DNA from: a virus
Lineage: Duplodnaviria; Caudoviricetes
Length of the DNA: 64,000 bases
Reading direction: 5' to 3' (one strand)
Virus record (IMG/VR): IMGVR_UViG_3300037423_000960
Span: 9,473 to 73,472 of that record
Shown here: positions 55,969-64,000 of the stretch, piece after piece
Position numbering within the stretch: the first letter of the stretch is position 1
Layout of the letters: each line of letters begins with the position of its first letter
Position numbers and translations under genes: made by a program
The notes under the pieces: generated by a model
What the model was told of the DNA's origin: nothing
Seen by the model: the letters and a program-made list of their open reading frames with translations, nothing else
Database searches by the model: none

Positions 55969-56211
55969 GCCGGGATTGCTCCACCGGAGGCGTCCGTCGG
56001 CGAGCGTCTCTCTCAGGCGATCTGTGCTCGTGACCATCGTCCTCTCGTTCTGCTCTCGTATGAGGCTCTTCCAGAAGTAGTAGTCGTAGCGATCGCTCTT
56101 ACTCAACTGATAGATGTTCGTGATCGTCCGGCGATAGGGATGCCACTCCTCGCTGAAGCCAATCAGAACGATCTGGCGACCTTCTTCCTGCGACTCTCCT
56201 CTCGTCCTCAC
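55945..56211 (-). CDS. Early hypothetical protein
   Basis: 88 aa, overlapping upstream stop. Confidence 0.5.
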   Translation of the reverse strand: MRTRGESQEEGRQIVLIGFSEEWHPYRRTITNIYQLSKSDRYDYYFWKSLIREQNERTMVTSTDRLRETLADGRLRWSNPGLAGEGHD

Positions 56212-56492
56212 AGCGACGCCCTCCCGTTCTGAAAGGCCTCATAGAGCGAGAGAGCGCGACCGAACTTCTCCTCGTCCGGAAAGCGTCGGAAGGTCCGAAC
56301 CATGACGCTGTGAGGAAAGGCCCAACACTCGGCAGGCTCGTCACCGTAGCGCACGATGATCGTGTCTTCCTCCTCGCCCTCCAGACGTTCGATCCAGACG
56401 TCGTGCGACTTTCCGCCGAGGCTGAAGGTGCCGACGAACTCGTTGTCGTCCTCGTCGTGGCGATGGAACGGATTGGTCTTATGGACTGACAT
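56208..56492 (-). CDS. Early acidic hypothetical protein
   Basis: 94 aa with AGGAG RBS. Confidence 0.65.
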   Translation of the reverse strand: MSVHKTNPFHRHDEDDNEFVGTFSLGGKSHDVWIERLEGEEEDTIIVRYGDEPAECWAFPHSVMVRTFRRFPDEEKFGRALSLYEAFQNGRASL

Positions 56493-56511
56493 TTGGATTA
56501 CTCCTACCGAC

Positions 56512-56856
56512 TCAGCATAGAGTGCTGATATTATCCAGGACGCCGAGGCCGCGAGCGTACACCTTGTCGCGAATGGCGTGAGCGACGATCGCCTTGCGAA
56601 ACCCGCGCTTGGGAAGCTGCGAGAACGGAAGCTCCACCATCACGTGCTCGCCTGTGTGACACAGGATGCCGTGACAGTACGAGACGTCCCACGCCGGGAA
56701 GCCGGGATCACTCAGCAGGCGGAGCCGAGTCACGCGCAGGTGAGGCTCGCTCCAGTCGACGGTGCGCGCACCCGACCACTGAGCGTGATACTCATTGCCC
56801 GAGCCGTACGGAAGACCGTTGGACTCGCCAATGGCGGGGCGATCTACGAGATGCAT
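56512..56856 (-). CDS. Early hypothetical protein (114 aa)
   Basis: Start MHLVDRP with GGAGG RBS; RLRLLSDPGFPAWDVSYCHG. Confidence 0.65.
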   Translation of the reverse strand: MHLVDRPAIGESNGLPYGSGNEYHAQWSGARTVDWSEPHLRVTRLRLLSDPGFPAWDVSYCHGILCHTGEHVMVELPFSQLPKRGFRKAIVAHAIRDKVYARGLGVLDNISTLC

Positions 56857-56885
56857 TGTGACCTCCTTCTGCTGCCTACCCTTGC

Positions 56886-56914
56886 AGTGTACGGTCGCGT
56901 CGCTCGGCGCGCAA
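56886..56914 (-). promoter_or_regulatory. Early promoter P2
   Basis: TTGCGC-N17-TACACT then GCAAGGGTAGGCAG. Confidence 0.7.
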
Positions 56915-57002
56915 ACGCAGACTACTCCGCTTGTCGGGCACGACCTGAGGCCGCTTGCTAGGCGACCGCAGGGACATGGCGACCGGGTTGCGCCGCACGG
57001 CC

Positions 57003-57344
57003 TTACGCCGCGCGGAAGGAGTGCATTTGACACAAGACATAGGAGTCCTCGTCCTTTGAGTAGCCCGCCCAACGCGAGCCGTCGGTGGCGGTGATGGCGA
57101 AGGCGCGATAGTTGCAGAGATCGCCGTAATGACCATACCCGACGAAGGTGCCGAGGAACTCCACCTTGGCGACGACTGGATTTTCCACGGTGGGATGTGG
57201 AACACCCTGTTGATTGTAGAAGTCGTACGCCGGATAGAGGTCGCGCGCGAACCGCTGGCCCTTACGACGAGGGACGAAGCCGCCCTTGGCGAAGACTGAG
57301 TTGCAGTGCGCGACCTGCTCGGGCGTGAGCTCTGCCTTGGACAT
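57003..57344 (-). CDS. Early hypothetical protein
   Basis: 113 aa with AGGAGG RBS. Confidence 0.65.
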   Translation of the reverse strand: MSKAELTPEQVAHCNSVFAKGGFVPRRKGQRFARDLYPAYDFYNQQGVPHPTVENPVVAKVEFLGTFVGYGHYGDLCNYRAFAITATDGSRWAGYSKDEDSYVLCQMHSFRAA

Positions 57345-57373
57345 TTAGACCTCCTACTGCTGCATACCCTTGC

Positions 57374-57402
57374 AGCATACGCTCGGCGAGGTCCGGCGCC
57401 AA
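57374..57402 (-). promoter_or_regulatory. Early promoter P3
   Basis: TTGGCG-N17-TATGCT then GCAAGGGTATGCAG. Confidence 0.7.
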
Positions 57403-57428
57403 GCGTATGCTGCTCCCGTGGACTGATC

Positions 57429-57695
57429 TTACTGCCACACCGGAGGAAAGTCGTCCGGATCGTGGAAGCCCTCGTACGGATCGTAGACTTCGCTGAGCTC
57501 CAGCGAAGCGATCTCCTCCGGCGAGGACGTCAGGTGACGATTGGCTCTGGCGAAGTTCTCCACATCCTCGGCGACGCGACGAGCGAGGATGGCCTGCACC
57601 GCGCGATACTCGTGAGTGACGAAGCGCCGATGGAAGAAGCGGCCATTCTGCTCCTCGAAGACCAAGCCCTCGTCGGTGTTGATGGCGAACTGCAC
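57429..57695 (-). CDS. Early acidic hypothetical protein
   Basis: 88 aa, GTG start with AGGAG RBS. Confidence 0.6.
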   Translation of the reverse strand: MQFAINTDEGLVFEEQNGRFFHRRFVTHEYRAVQAILARRVAEDVENFARANRHLTSSPEEIASLELSEVYDPYEGFHDPDDFPPVWQ

Positions 57696-57729
57696 GGCTT
57701 ATCTCCTGCTACTGCCTGCCTACCCTTGC

Positions 57730-57758
57730 AGTATGCAGTCGCGGCGCTCGCTAGCCAA
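57730..57758 (-). promoter_or_regulatory. Early promoter P4
   Basis: TTGGCT-N17-CATACT then GCAAGGGTAGGCAG. Confidence 0.7.
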
Positions 57759-57798
57759 GCGTGGACTGCTCGGCTAGCGAGTTTGTTGCAGGTGTGGA

Positions 57799-58179
57799 TT
57801 ACTCAGCCTGCCACTGCGCGAGGGGCGTAACGACGAACCCTGGAGCGCTGTTGCCCGCGGAGCCGCCGAGGTAGCACTGATAGAGGATCTCCCCGTCCTC
57901 CACGTCCTCGCGGCGCTCTGCGATCAGGCCGTAGTAGCCGGAACCACCCGCCGCATACGTTAGAGGAATGAGCTCCTCGAGCCGCTGCCTGAAAGGCCAG
58001 TGGATCTCCGGATCGTCGCCGTTCTCGTGATCGCTGAACAGGAACAGCTTGAGATCCGTGGGGCAGTGCTCCAAGATCTTATCCGCGAAGGCGACCATCT
58101 CCTCGCGATTGGTACCGTCCGGATCAAAGTACCCACCACAGAGAAAGTCCTTGAGCTGACTGCGAGCGACTAAGTACAT
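57799..58179 (-). CDS. Early acidic hypothetical protein
   Basis: 126 aa with AGGAG RBS. Confidence 0.65.
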   Translation of the reverse strand: MYLVARSQLKDFLCGGYFDPDGTNREEMVAFADKILEHCPTDLKLFLFSDHENGDDPEIHWPFRQRLEELIPLTYAAGGSGYYGLIAERREDVEDGEILYQCYLGGSAGNSAPGFVVTPLAQWQAE

Positions 58180-58208
58180 GTTGCGACTCCTACTGCCTGC
58201 CTACCCCT

Positions 58209-58237
58209 AGCATACAGTCGCAAAGCTCCGGCCGCTA
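58209..58237 (-). promoter_or_regulatory. Early promoter P5
   Basis: TAGCGG-N17-TATGCT then AGGGGTAGGCAG. Confidence 0.55.
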
Positions 58238-58555
58238 GCGTTGAGTACTCTTTGTCTTCTCGTCGAAGAGCTTAATCACACTTTCGGTTGAGTTAATGCT
58301 CGCTCTCAGATAGACGCGACAGAGAAAGCGCATGATCTGGCGACGATCCTCGCTCATGTTGAGCTGATCCATCGCGGTCTCCATACGACCGACGTACAGA
58401 GGCCACCTATCCTTCTGCTGTACTCCCGCCATAGCATCTTCGTACGGCCCGATGGCGGATCCGCAGACGACTTCTGTCTCCTCGACGAGAGTATCCTCCG
58501 GCGACATAGTCGGGCTGACTCCAACAGCCGCGAGTGCTAGCACAATCCCGATCAT
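58235..58555 (-). CDS. Early exported protein (106 aa)
   Basis: Start MIGIVLALAAVG, signal-like; two Cys. Confidence 0.55.
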   Translation of the reverse strand: MIGIVLALAAVGVSPTMSPEDTLVEETEVVCGSAIGPYEDAMAGVQQKDRWPLYVGRMETAMDQLNMSEDRRQIMRFLCRVYLRASINSTESVIKLFDEKTKSTQR

Positions 58556-58839
58556 CCATCGTCCTCCTCGTTCTTGCCGAACACTTCCACCCACTCCTCG
58601 GGCGTCGCACCAGACATCAGGAACTCGCGCTGGTCGGCGCCGAGGTCGGGGAAAATATCCTGCGCCAGACCCTCGCGGCGATCCCAGCGAGCGAGCTGCC
58701 CACGCGTGATGGGGAGCGTCATCGCGTTCCGCCTCCCGGTGAAGATACTCGTGCGAGAAACGGTCAGGCGACCGTCCTCACCAACGACCTCGCGCTGCGC
58801 GGGGCGCAAGAGACCCATACGTTCGCCAACACTGGTCAT
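58552..58839 (-). CDS. Conserved phage hypothetical protein (95 aa)
   Basis: LAQDIFPDLGADQREFLMSGATPEEW motif; AGGAGG RBS. Confidence 0.7.
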   Translation of the reverse strand: MTSVGERMGLLRPAQREVVGEDGRLTVSRTSIFTGRRNAMTLPITRGQLARWDRREGLAQDIFPDLGADQREFLMSGATPEEWVEVFGKNEEDDG

Positions 58840-58874
58840 GGGGTAGTTCCTCCTTGGTTGCTGCCTACCTTCCG

Positions 58875-58903
58875 AGAGTACAACGCACTTGCTCGCGTAA
58901 CAA
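58875..58903 (-). promoter_or_regulatory. Early promoter P6
   Basis: TTGTTA-N17-TACTCT then CGGAAGGTAGGCAG. Confidence 0.65.
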
Positions 58904-59011
58904 GCGCCTACGTGGTCTGCGGGGAGCCGTCGGGAGAGAGATCCTACGGACTCCCCGCATCCCTGCGTCGAGAGCGTTGCCCAGACTCTCGACTCAAAAC
59001 TATCTGGCGAC

Positions 59012-59230
59012 CTAGCCGATGTTGACGGACAACTTAGCACCAACAAGCACGACGTTCTCCATTGGAACGTGCATGGCGCGAAGCTCTTGCTCAGCGGTAT
59101 CGTGCTTGAAGAAGATTGTTCTCTCGCTGGGACCCTCGAACGCCGGATTGGATCTAACGCCTCCTGCGAGAAACAGCCTTGTTCCGGGGCGCTTCGCCAC
59201 GACAAGGTCTTCACGGTTGATAAGCGCCAT
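59012..59230 (-). CDS. Early hypothetical protein
   Basis: 72 aa with AGGAG RBS. Confidence 0.55.
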   Translation of the reverse strand: MALINREDLVVAKRPGTRLFLAGGVRSNPAFEGPSERTIFFKHDTAEQELRAMHVPMENVVLVGAKLSVNIG

Positions 59231-59285
59231 AGGGATTCTCCTGCTCTAACCCGATACTCCCCTTACGCACCGGATAGTACCGTTA

Positions 59286-59339
59286 TACAATGGGTTAACT
59301 CTCGCCCAAAGCCTCGGCGGCGAGGATTAACCCATTGTA
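59286..59339. terminator. AT-rich long hairpin downstream of the DUF2786 gene
   Basis: TACAATGGGTTAA / TTAACCCATTGTA outer stem with CTCGCC/GGCGAG inner pairing. Confidence 0.5.
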
Positions 59340-59348
59340 ACTCAGGCT

Positions 59349-60074
59349 TTAGCGAAGATGCCCTGCGCTGGAGCTCGTCCCGCCTCCGAGCGGGTTGCTC
59401 AGGTTAACCCGACCGCCAGCCGCGTGACCGTGCTGATAAGCCGTAGGATCCGCCGCCATGTTGCGACCGCTGCGAGCATTGACGAGCTTGATGCCAAGCT
59501 GGCGCTTGAACTCCTCTGTGACGAGCTGGTCCTTGAGAACCATCAGCGCCGTGCCAGTGGCGACACGAGTACGCTCGTCGCGCTCGCGCTTCATCTCAAT
59601 AAGACGATAATACACTCGATTCGCGAAGCCAGCACGGAACGACATGCGCTTCTTCATGGAGTAACCGTGAACCTCCATGTAGTCGGACCAGTCGCGGTCC
59701 ATAGCCTCGGCACAGATCTCGTAGAGATACAGAGCGATCTCCAAGTCGTGCGGAGTGCCGAAGAACACGTACTTCCCGGCGTGGCCGTCGCCCGACTTCG
59801 TGTAGGCGATGATGCCGCAGAAGTGCTTGATGCCAACCACCAGCGTACCCGCGAAGTCGTCAGCCGCGAAGACCTCGTTCTTGCGACACATGGAGGCATC
59901 CTCGCGGACACCGACCTCGTCGATGCTAAGGTCGTACTCCTCGAGCAACTGACCGAGCTTCGCAGCCGCGGACAGCGCCTCCTCCTCGGAGCATCCATTG
60001 TCCTGCGTCTTCTGCTGAAGCGCCTGGATCACACGCTTAATGCGCTGGATCTCCCTCTCTGACCTCTCGCTCAT
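59349..60074 (-). CDS. DUF2786-domain protein
   Basis: IQALQQKTQDNGCSEEEALSAAAKLGQLLEEYDL, FFGTPHD, SFRAGFA and AYQHGHAAG. Confidence 0.85.
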   Translation of the reverse strand: MSERSEREIQRIKRVIQALQQKTQDNGCSEEEALSAAAKLGQLLEEYDLSIDEVGVREDASMCRKNEVFAADDFAGTLVVGIKHFCGIIAYTKSGDGHAGKYVFFGTPHDLEIALYLYEICAEAMDRDWSDYMEVHGYSMKKRMSFRAGFANRVYYRLIEMKRERDERTRVATGTALMVLKDQLVTEEFKRQLGIKLVNARSGRNMAADPTAYQHGHAAGGRVNLSNPLGGGTSSSAGHLR

Positions 60075-60274
60075 GCTCCCAGTCTCCCTCTCTCATGACA
60101 GATGGCGATTACCGCCTCCTCGGTCTCCCGATCTTCCTCGACCCACGCCGAGATCCAGAGCAGCGCCGACACCGTACCGAGAGGATACGGACAACGATGA
60201 AGCTCCAAACCTCTGATGTGCGCCGCGCGACCCTGAGTAGTCGCCATTGGTACGTTCATCTCCGACAACGGCAT
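60071..60274 (-). CDS. Rmf/CrpP-like small protein
   Basis: QGRAAHIRG.....CPYP......LWISAW pattern. Confidence 0.45.
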   Translation of the reverse strand: MPLSEMNVPMATTQGRAAHIRGLELHRCPYPLGTVSALLWISAWVEEDRETEEAVIAICHERGRLGA

Positions 60275-60300
60275 GACAACCTCCTGCTGCCTACCCTTTC

Positions 60301-60329
60301 AGAATACGGTCGTACTTCTCCGCGGGCAA
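60301..60329 (-). promoter_or_regulatory. Early promoter P7
   Basis: TTGCCC-N17-TATTCT then GAAAGGGTAGGCAG. Confidence 0.7.
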
Positions 60330-60340
60330 CTACGGACTGC

Positions 60341-60613
60341 TCAGCGCTGAGCGCTTCTTGGGTCAGTCCAATGAAGGATGCCGACCTTCTCGTGAGGGAA
60401 CGGATCGGGGAAGGACTCATTCCGAGCGCGGCGTAGATAGACCTCGTAGGTCTTCTCGTCCCCGCGATCTTCCATGAGTACCGCCTTGTAGGAGGTCTCG
60501 TCCCACGTGCCGTCGCCGAGCTTCTTGGCGATCGCTCTTCCGGGCGAGGAGTCGAAGCGAACGAACTTGGTCGGCTGACCGTCGACGGTCGACATGAAGC
60601 GCATTGAAGCCAT
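60341..60613 (-). CDS. Early hypothetical protein
   Basis: 90 aa, packed in operon. Confidence 0.55.
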   Translation of the reverse strand: MASMRFMSTVDGQPTKFVRFDSSPGRAIAKKLGDGTWDETSYKAVLMEDRGDEKTYEVYLRRARNESFPDPFPHEKVGILHWTDPRSAQR

Positions 60614-60615
60614 GA

Positions 60616-60828
60616 TTATAGTCCTTCTCTTACGATGAGTGCTGCATACAGCATGACGGTGATTAGGGCGAGCCCTACGCGATATACAGCTCTTATGACT
60701 GCTGTCTCTCCAGCGAAGGAGCCCATTCCCAGCGAAATCGCACTCGCCGTGAACGCGAACAGTAGAGAGATGCTGACGACGGGCGACATCAGCTCAGTCT
60801 CGCTATGCGGCTCTCGAACTCTTTCCAC
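60616..60828 (-). CDS. Small membrane protein (2 TM segments)
   Basis: Two hydrophobic segments. Confidence 0.5.
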   Translation of the reverse strand: MERVREPHSETELMSPVVSISLLFAFTASAISLGMGSFAGETAVIRAVYRVGLALITVMLYAALIVREGL

Positions 60829-61067
60829 GCGTCGGCGAAGCCGTCCACGCCCGAGCTCTCTTCGTCGCTATGATAGGAGCCGTTGTGGCAACCACCCTCG
60901 ATCATGTTCGCCGTCCACACGACGTAGTCCGGACCGCGCTGGCACAGCACGATCGCGTCACGCGGATGACGACACGACTGGAAGAAGTTGACGACCTCGT
61001 AGCCGAGTGACTTTGGGAACGACGGGATCGCGGTTTGGAACGCGTCGCTTAACAGAGCCCTACGCAT
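60789..61067 (-). CDS. Early hypothetical protein
   Basis: 92 aa with AGGAGG RBS; YVVWTANMIEGGCHNGSYH. Confidence 0.65.
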   Translation of the reverse strand: MRRALLSDAFQTAIPSFPKSLGYEVVNFFQSCRHPRDAIVLCQRGPDYVVWTANMIEGGCHNGSYHSDEESSGVDGFADAWKEFESRIARLS

Positions 61068-61470
61068 GGGGATAACCTCCTTTGCCCTACCCCTACACCC
61101 TAGCGCGGGCCTGCTCCAAGCGCCAGCGCCGAGTTATCCACAAACCGAACACCCGTAAAGCACTCCTACAGCGCGGCGGCGGCGCAGGGCTACCGCTTAC
61201 CCTAGGGCCTGCCCCAGACGCGCTCGAGGAGCGCTCGAGGGCGGTCGAGGGCCGTCGCACAACGCGGGCCTAGCGCCCGCCAGCTACCAGCCGCAGATAA
61301 CTCTCTCTCTTCTCTCAAGATCAAGATCCCTTGTCCAGACGTGATCACACTGTGATCACAGACGCAGATCAAAAAGAAAGCCCGCCGCGACTCGGACAAC
61401 ATGGCGAAGCCGAGCCACGACGGGCGACTCCCGGCCGAGCGTAATGCCACGCCCGACCGGGAGGTAGGTG

Positions 61471-62073
61471 TTAGCCGTTGGCCGCGAGCTTGCCCTGCGA
61501 CTCGGCCTTGTTGACGTTGGACTCGCCCTCGGTCACTTCCTCGCGGAGTGCCGGAGCCTGTTTCGTCGGGTGGACGCCGGCGATGTTCTTGGTAATCGCC
61601 GTGTTCAGCCAACCCTCGGCCCAACCGATCGGCGGCAGCGCGCCGCCGGCCGAGTCGCCGCAGTAGTGCGACCGCTTGTTGCCGACCTGCATACGACGCA
61701 GCTTCGTCGCCACGACGTAGGCCGGGATGCCAGTGCGGCCAGCCGCCTGGACGATCTGCTGGATGGTGCCGTACACGGAGCCCTGTTTGAACTCACGCTT
61801 GTTGGTACCAGGGACGAGCATGGCGCGCTCGTGCTTCCAGCCCTTGGCGGTGGGGAGACGCTCGCCGACCGCGGCCGAGTGAACGTTGGCGTACTTCCGC
61901 GGATCCGCCGTAGCGATGCCGCTGAAGTCGTCGAACTCCACGTCGTCACCGATCTTGGTGACCGGCACATCGGCGAACGGGTCAGCCGCGACCGCGGCCT
62001 CCGTCGCGTCGGTGGCGTCGCCCTGCGACTCGGTATTGTCGGCCTCGTGGGCCTTACGCTGTGACTTAGACAT
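61471..62073 (-). CDS. Early protein, acidic N-terminus plus possible winged-helix-like domain
   Basis: 200 aa with AGGAG RBS; strongly host-like codon usage. Confidence 0.75.
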   Translation of the reverse strand: MSKSQRKAHEADNTESQGDATDATEAAVAADPFADVPVTKIGDDVEFDDFSGIATADPRKYANVHSAAVGERLPTAKGWKHERAMLVPGTNKREFKQGSVYGTIQQIVQAAGRTGIPAYVVATKLRRMQVGNKRSHYCGDSAGGALPPIGWAEGWLNTAITKNIAGVHPTKQAPALREEVTEGESNVNKAESQGKLAANG

Positions 62074-62365
62074 AACCTTACACTCCTTGCTGTTGACCGC
62101 CCTTGCCGTGGCGGACCGGCAACCTTGCCAGCAACCCCTATATGCGCCAGCTTCTCTCCGCGGTAAACCCCAAAACGATCCGCGCAGAGCACTTTAGCCA
62201 GAAAACTGCTCCAGACCGTCTTGAGCCTTTACGCGCGTATATAAGGCCAGCTTGAGTCGCTCTCCAGCTCCGGAGAGCAGTCCACACCTCCGGAGAACAA
62301 TCTACACTTGCGCCACGGAGCCTAGCGGGCGCACTATGGGTTAGCAGCAAAGGTGGTCAAGTACG

Positions 62366-62494
62366 ATGTCCAACTATACGAACGTTAAGGTAGGCATAAG
62401 TCTCCTCAAGGACGGCAACCTAAAGGACAACCGACCAGCGTGGTGGGTCATTGCCGTCGCGATCTTCGGCATTATGTTCCTAATCCTGGGCTGA
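62366..62494 (+). CDS. Small membrane protein (42 aa); not in the ORF track
   Basis: Hand translation MSNYTNVKVGISLLKDGNLKDNRPAWWVIAVAIFGIMFLILG; AAGGTGG upstream. Confidence 0.45.
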   Translation: MSNYTNVKVGISLLKDGNLKDNRPAWWVIAVAIFGIMFLILG

Positions 62495-62502
62495 GCTGAG
62501 GC

Positions 62503-62967
62503 ATGGCTCAGGTAGTATCGTTCGCAGAGGAGAGCTGTTGGGACGGCGAGCGATTCAGATCCGTCCGGCGAGAGATAGTCTTCGTCGTGTCAGGCTTCGC
62601 GATAGTCCCAGGACAATCAATCAGGCGAGAATTCCGCGCAGACTTCGGCCTCTGGTACGATCTGGAGGACGAATGGTTGATCGAGATCCTGACGAGGGAG
62701 ATTCCCGAGGTCGACTGGGGCCGCTTCGTCTTCCACAAGAAACTTGATCACTCAGCGATCTTGATAATCGACGGAGAGCAGCTCCCGGGAAAGACCGTGG
62801 GCTCCATCTACCCACGCGGAAGGACCAGACAGAAGTTGTCCGGCGAGATTGCCGGTGGTAACGTAGTGCCTATCAGGAAGGGGTATGAGTATCGTGCCGA
62901 GAGACTCGCTCGAGAAGAAGCAAGAGCGGAGAGAAGACGTCGCGCGACTGATCCAAAAGCCGACTGA
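62503..62967 (+). CDS. Hypothetical protein
   Basis: 154 aa with GAGG RBS. Confidence 0.6.
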   Translation: MAQVVSFAEESCWDGERFRSVRREIVFVVSGFAIVPGQSIRREFRADFGLWYDLEDEWLIEILTREIPEVDWGRFVFHKKLDHSAILIIDGEQLPGKTVGSIYPRGRTRQKLSGEIAGGNVVPIRKGYEYRAERLAREEARAERRRRATDPKAD

Positions 62968-63103
62968 TCTAGCTGAGAACCTTCTGGAAGATCTGGCGAT
63001 GGCCGAGAGTGCCTCCGGCGGTCGGATGGGAGAGATTCGGCTTAGCGACGGCCGATGGGTTCGCGCGACTTGGAACCTCAAGCTAGAGAAACTCGCTAGG
63101 TAG
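62885..63103 (+). CDS. Hypothetical protein
   Basis: 72 aa; overlaps upstream gene, so true start may be later. Confidence 0.4.
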   Translation: MSIVPRDSLEKKQERREDVARLIQKPTDLAENLLEDLAMAESASGGRMGEIRLSDGRWVRATWNLKLEKLAR

Positions 63104-63109
63104 GTCGAG

Positions 63110-63808
63110 ATGGCTTATTTTCACTCGCAATTCGTCCGCTCCAGAGGAGGTCGACGAGGTCGGCTAATGCGGAGAGTGGTTGGAGAGACACTTGAGGAGA
63201 TGTCGAGCGCTGCACGACGTTGGTCCGAGGTAGTCTCGATCAACTGGCCTCGCCGGACGAGGGATGCCTACAGATCCAAGTCTATCCCGACGCTCTACGT
63301 GGAGCATGAGCACGAGAGTGAGATTTTAGAGGCTCTAGACTCCGTCGAGGTCCCAGAGACGTACATCTCGGTCCTTACGATGATGATTCGGGAGCAGTTT
63401 TTCAATGAAAAGTGCGGCGGGCCGACTCCGGAGAGCGCTAAGTTCTTCGAGCAGGAGATACGCGGAAAGACGATTCTACTCCTGAGGGCTGGCGATTGGA
63501 TTGACGAGCCATCAAGTCTCAGTCTCAAAAACTTGAATAGTAGACTCGAAAAATTGGATCTCGGTCGGCGTTCTGATCTAAACTTCAGCTCCAACCCAGT
63601 CCCTATTGACCGAGTGCAGAAATACGATCCGGACTTCAAGAAAGTTGGGAAGAAGGGAAGCCGGTATTCCACGGAATCTGGGATTGAGAACGACACACCC
63701 GACTTTGAGACTCTCTACCGAGATGGATCTACCGAGCAGCGCACAGAAATTCTCGAGAGTAGACCCTGGATGCGCTTCATGCTGATCGAGAAGTACGGCG
63801 AGCCATAA
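63110..63808 (+). CDS. Hypothetical charged protein
   Basis: 232 aa with AGGT RBS. Confidence 0.6.
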   Translation: MAYFHSQFVRSRGGRRGRLMRRVVGETLEEMSSAARRWSEVVSINWPRRTRDAYRSKSIPTLYVEHEHESEILEALDSVEVPETYISVLTMMIREQFFNEKCGGPTPESAKFFEQEIRGKTILLLRAGDWIDEPSSLSLKNLNSRLEKLDLGRRSDLNFSSNPVPIDRVQKYDPDFKKVGKKGSRYSTESGIENDTPDFETLYRDGSTEQRTEILESRPWMRFMLIEKYGEP

Positions 63809-63943
63809 ATGGAATCAACCCCGCCGCATCTCCGGAGAAACGCGACGGGGTCTTTTCCTTGCTGCGATCCCTGGCGACGTGCCAATGGAGCATGTTCGAC
63901 CTTAACCTAACGGCGCTCACCTGACAAGCCTGAAATTAGCTTC

Positions 63944-63995
63944 CAGTAGCGTGGGAGCGGACCTATCGTGCCGGCTCCCACGCTACTGATTTTGT
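63944..63995 (+). terminator. Rho-independent terminator
   Basis: CAGTAGCGTGGGAGC / GCTCCCACGCTACTG 15-bp stem followed by ATTTTGT. Confidence 0.65.
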
Positions 63996-64000
63996 ATCTC

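Noticed and set aside
1-64000. tRNA genes, integrase or repressor, IS elements, homing endonucleases
   Set aside because: No T-loop/cloverleaf, recombinase, transposase or HNH/LAGLIDADG motifs were seen by eye; a tRNAscan or HMM run could still find divergent cases.

Overview
This window is most of a lytic, long-tailed (siphovirus-type) dsDNA phage genome, probably infecting an alphaproteobacterium (inferred from gene content and CTTG-N17-TA promoters). Almost all genes are on the minus strand. They include a replication and nucleotide module (family A DNA polymerase, SNF2 and RecD/Dda helicases, SSB, exonucleases, dUTPase, class II RNR), terminase genes detached from the portal, complete head, neck and tail modules, a holin/spanin-like cassette, and an early region of small genes driven by seven matching sigma70-like promoters. 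I recognised no integrase, tRNA, CRISPR array, primase or endolysin. Two things stand out. (1) A thymidine-hypermodification cluster at 15.8-20.1 kb pairs a dUMP hydroxymethylase-type thymidylate synthase homologue and a 5-hmdU DNA kinase with a GT-A-like glycosyltransferase, but has no recognisable amino acid:DNA transferase. (2) A 1,100-nt island (54335-55434) has no GA or TC dinucleotide, although the rest of the genome is rich in both. It is flanked by a direct repeat and carries two Asp/Glu-free ORFs with a shared GA-free ribosome-binding leader and their own hairpins. It may be a modification-free or defence-invisible DNA segment. All family assignments come from motifs recognised by eye, without database searches.
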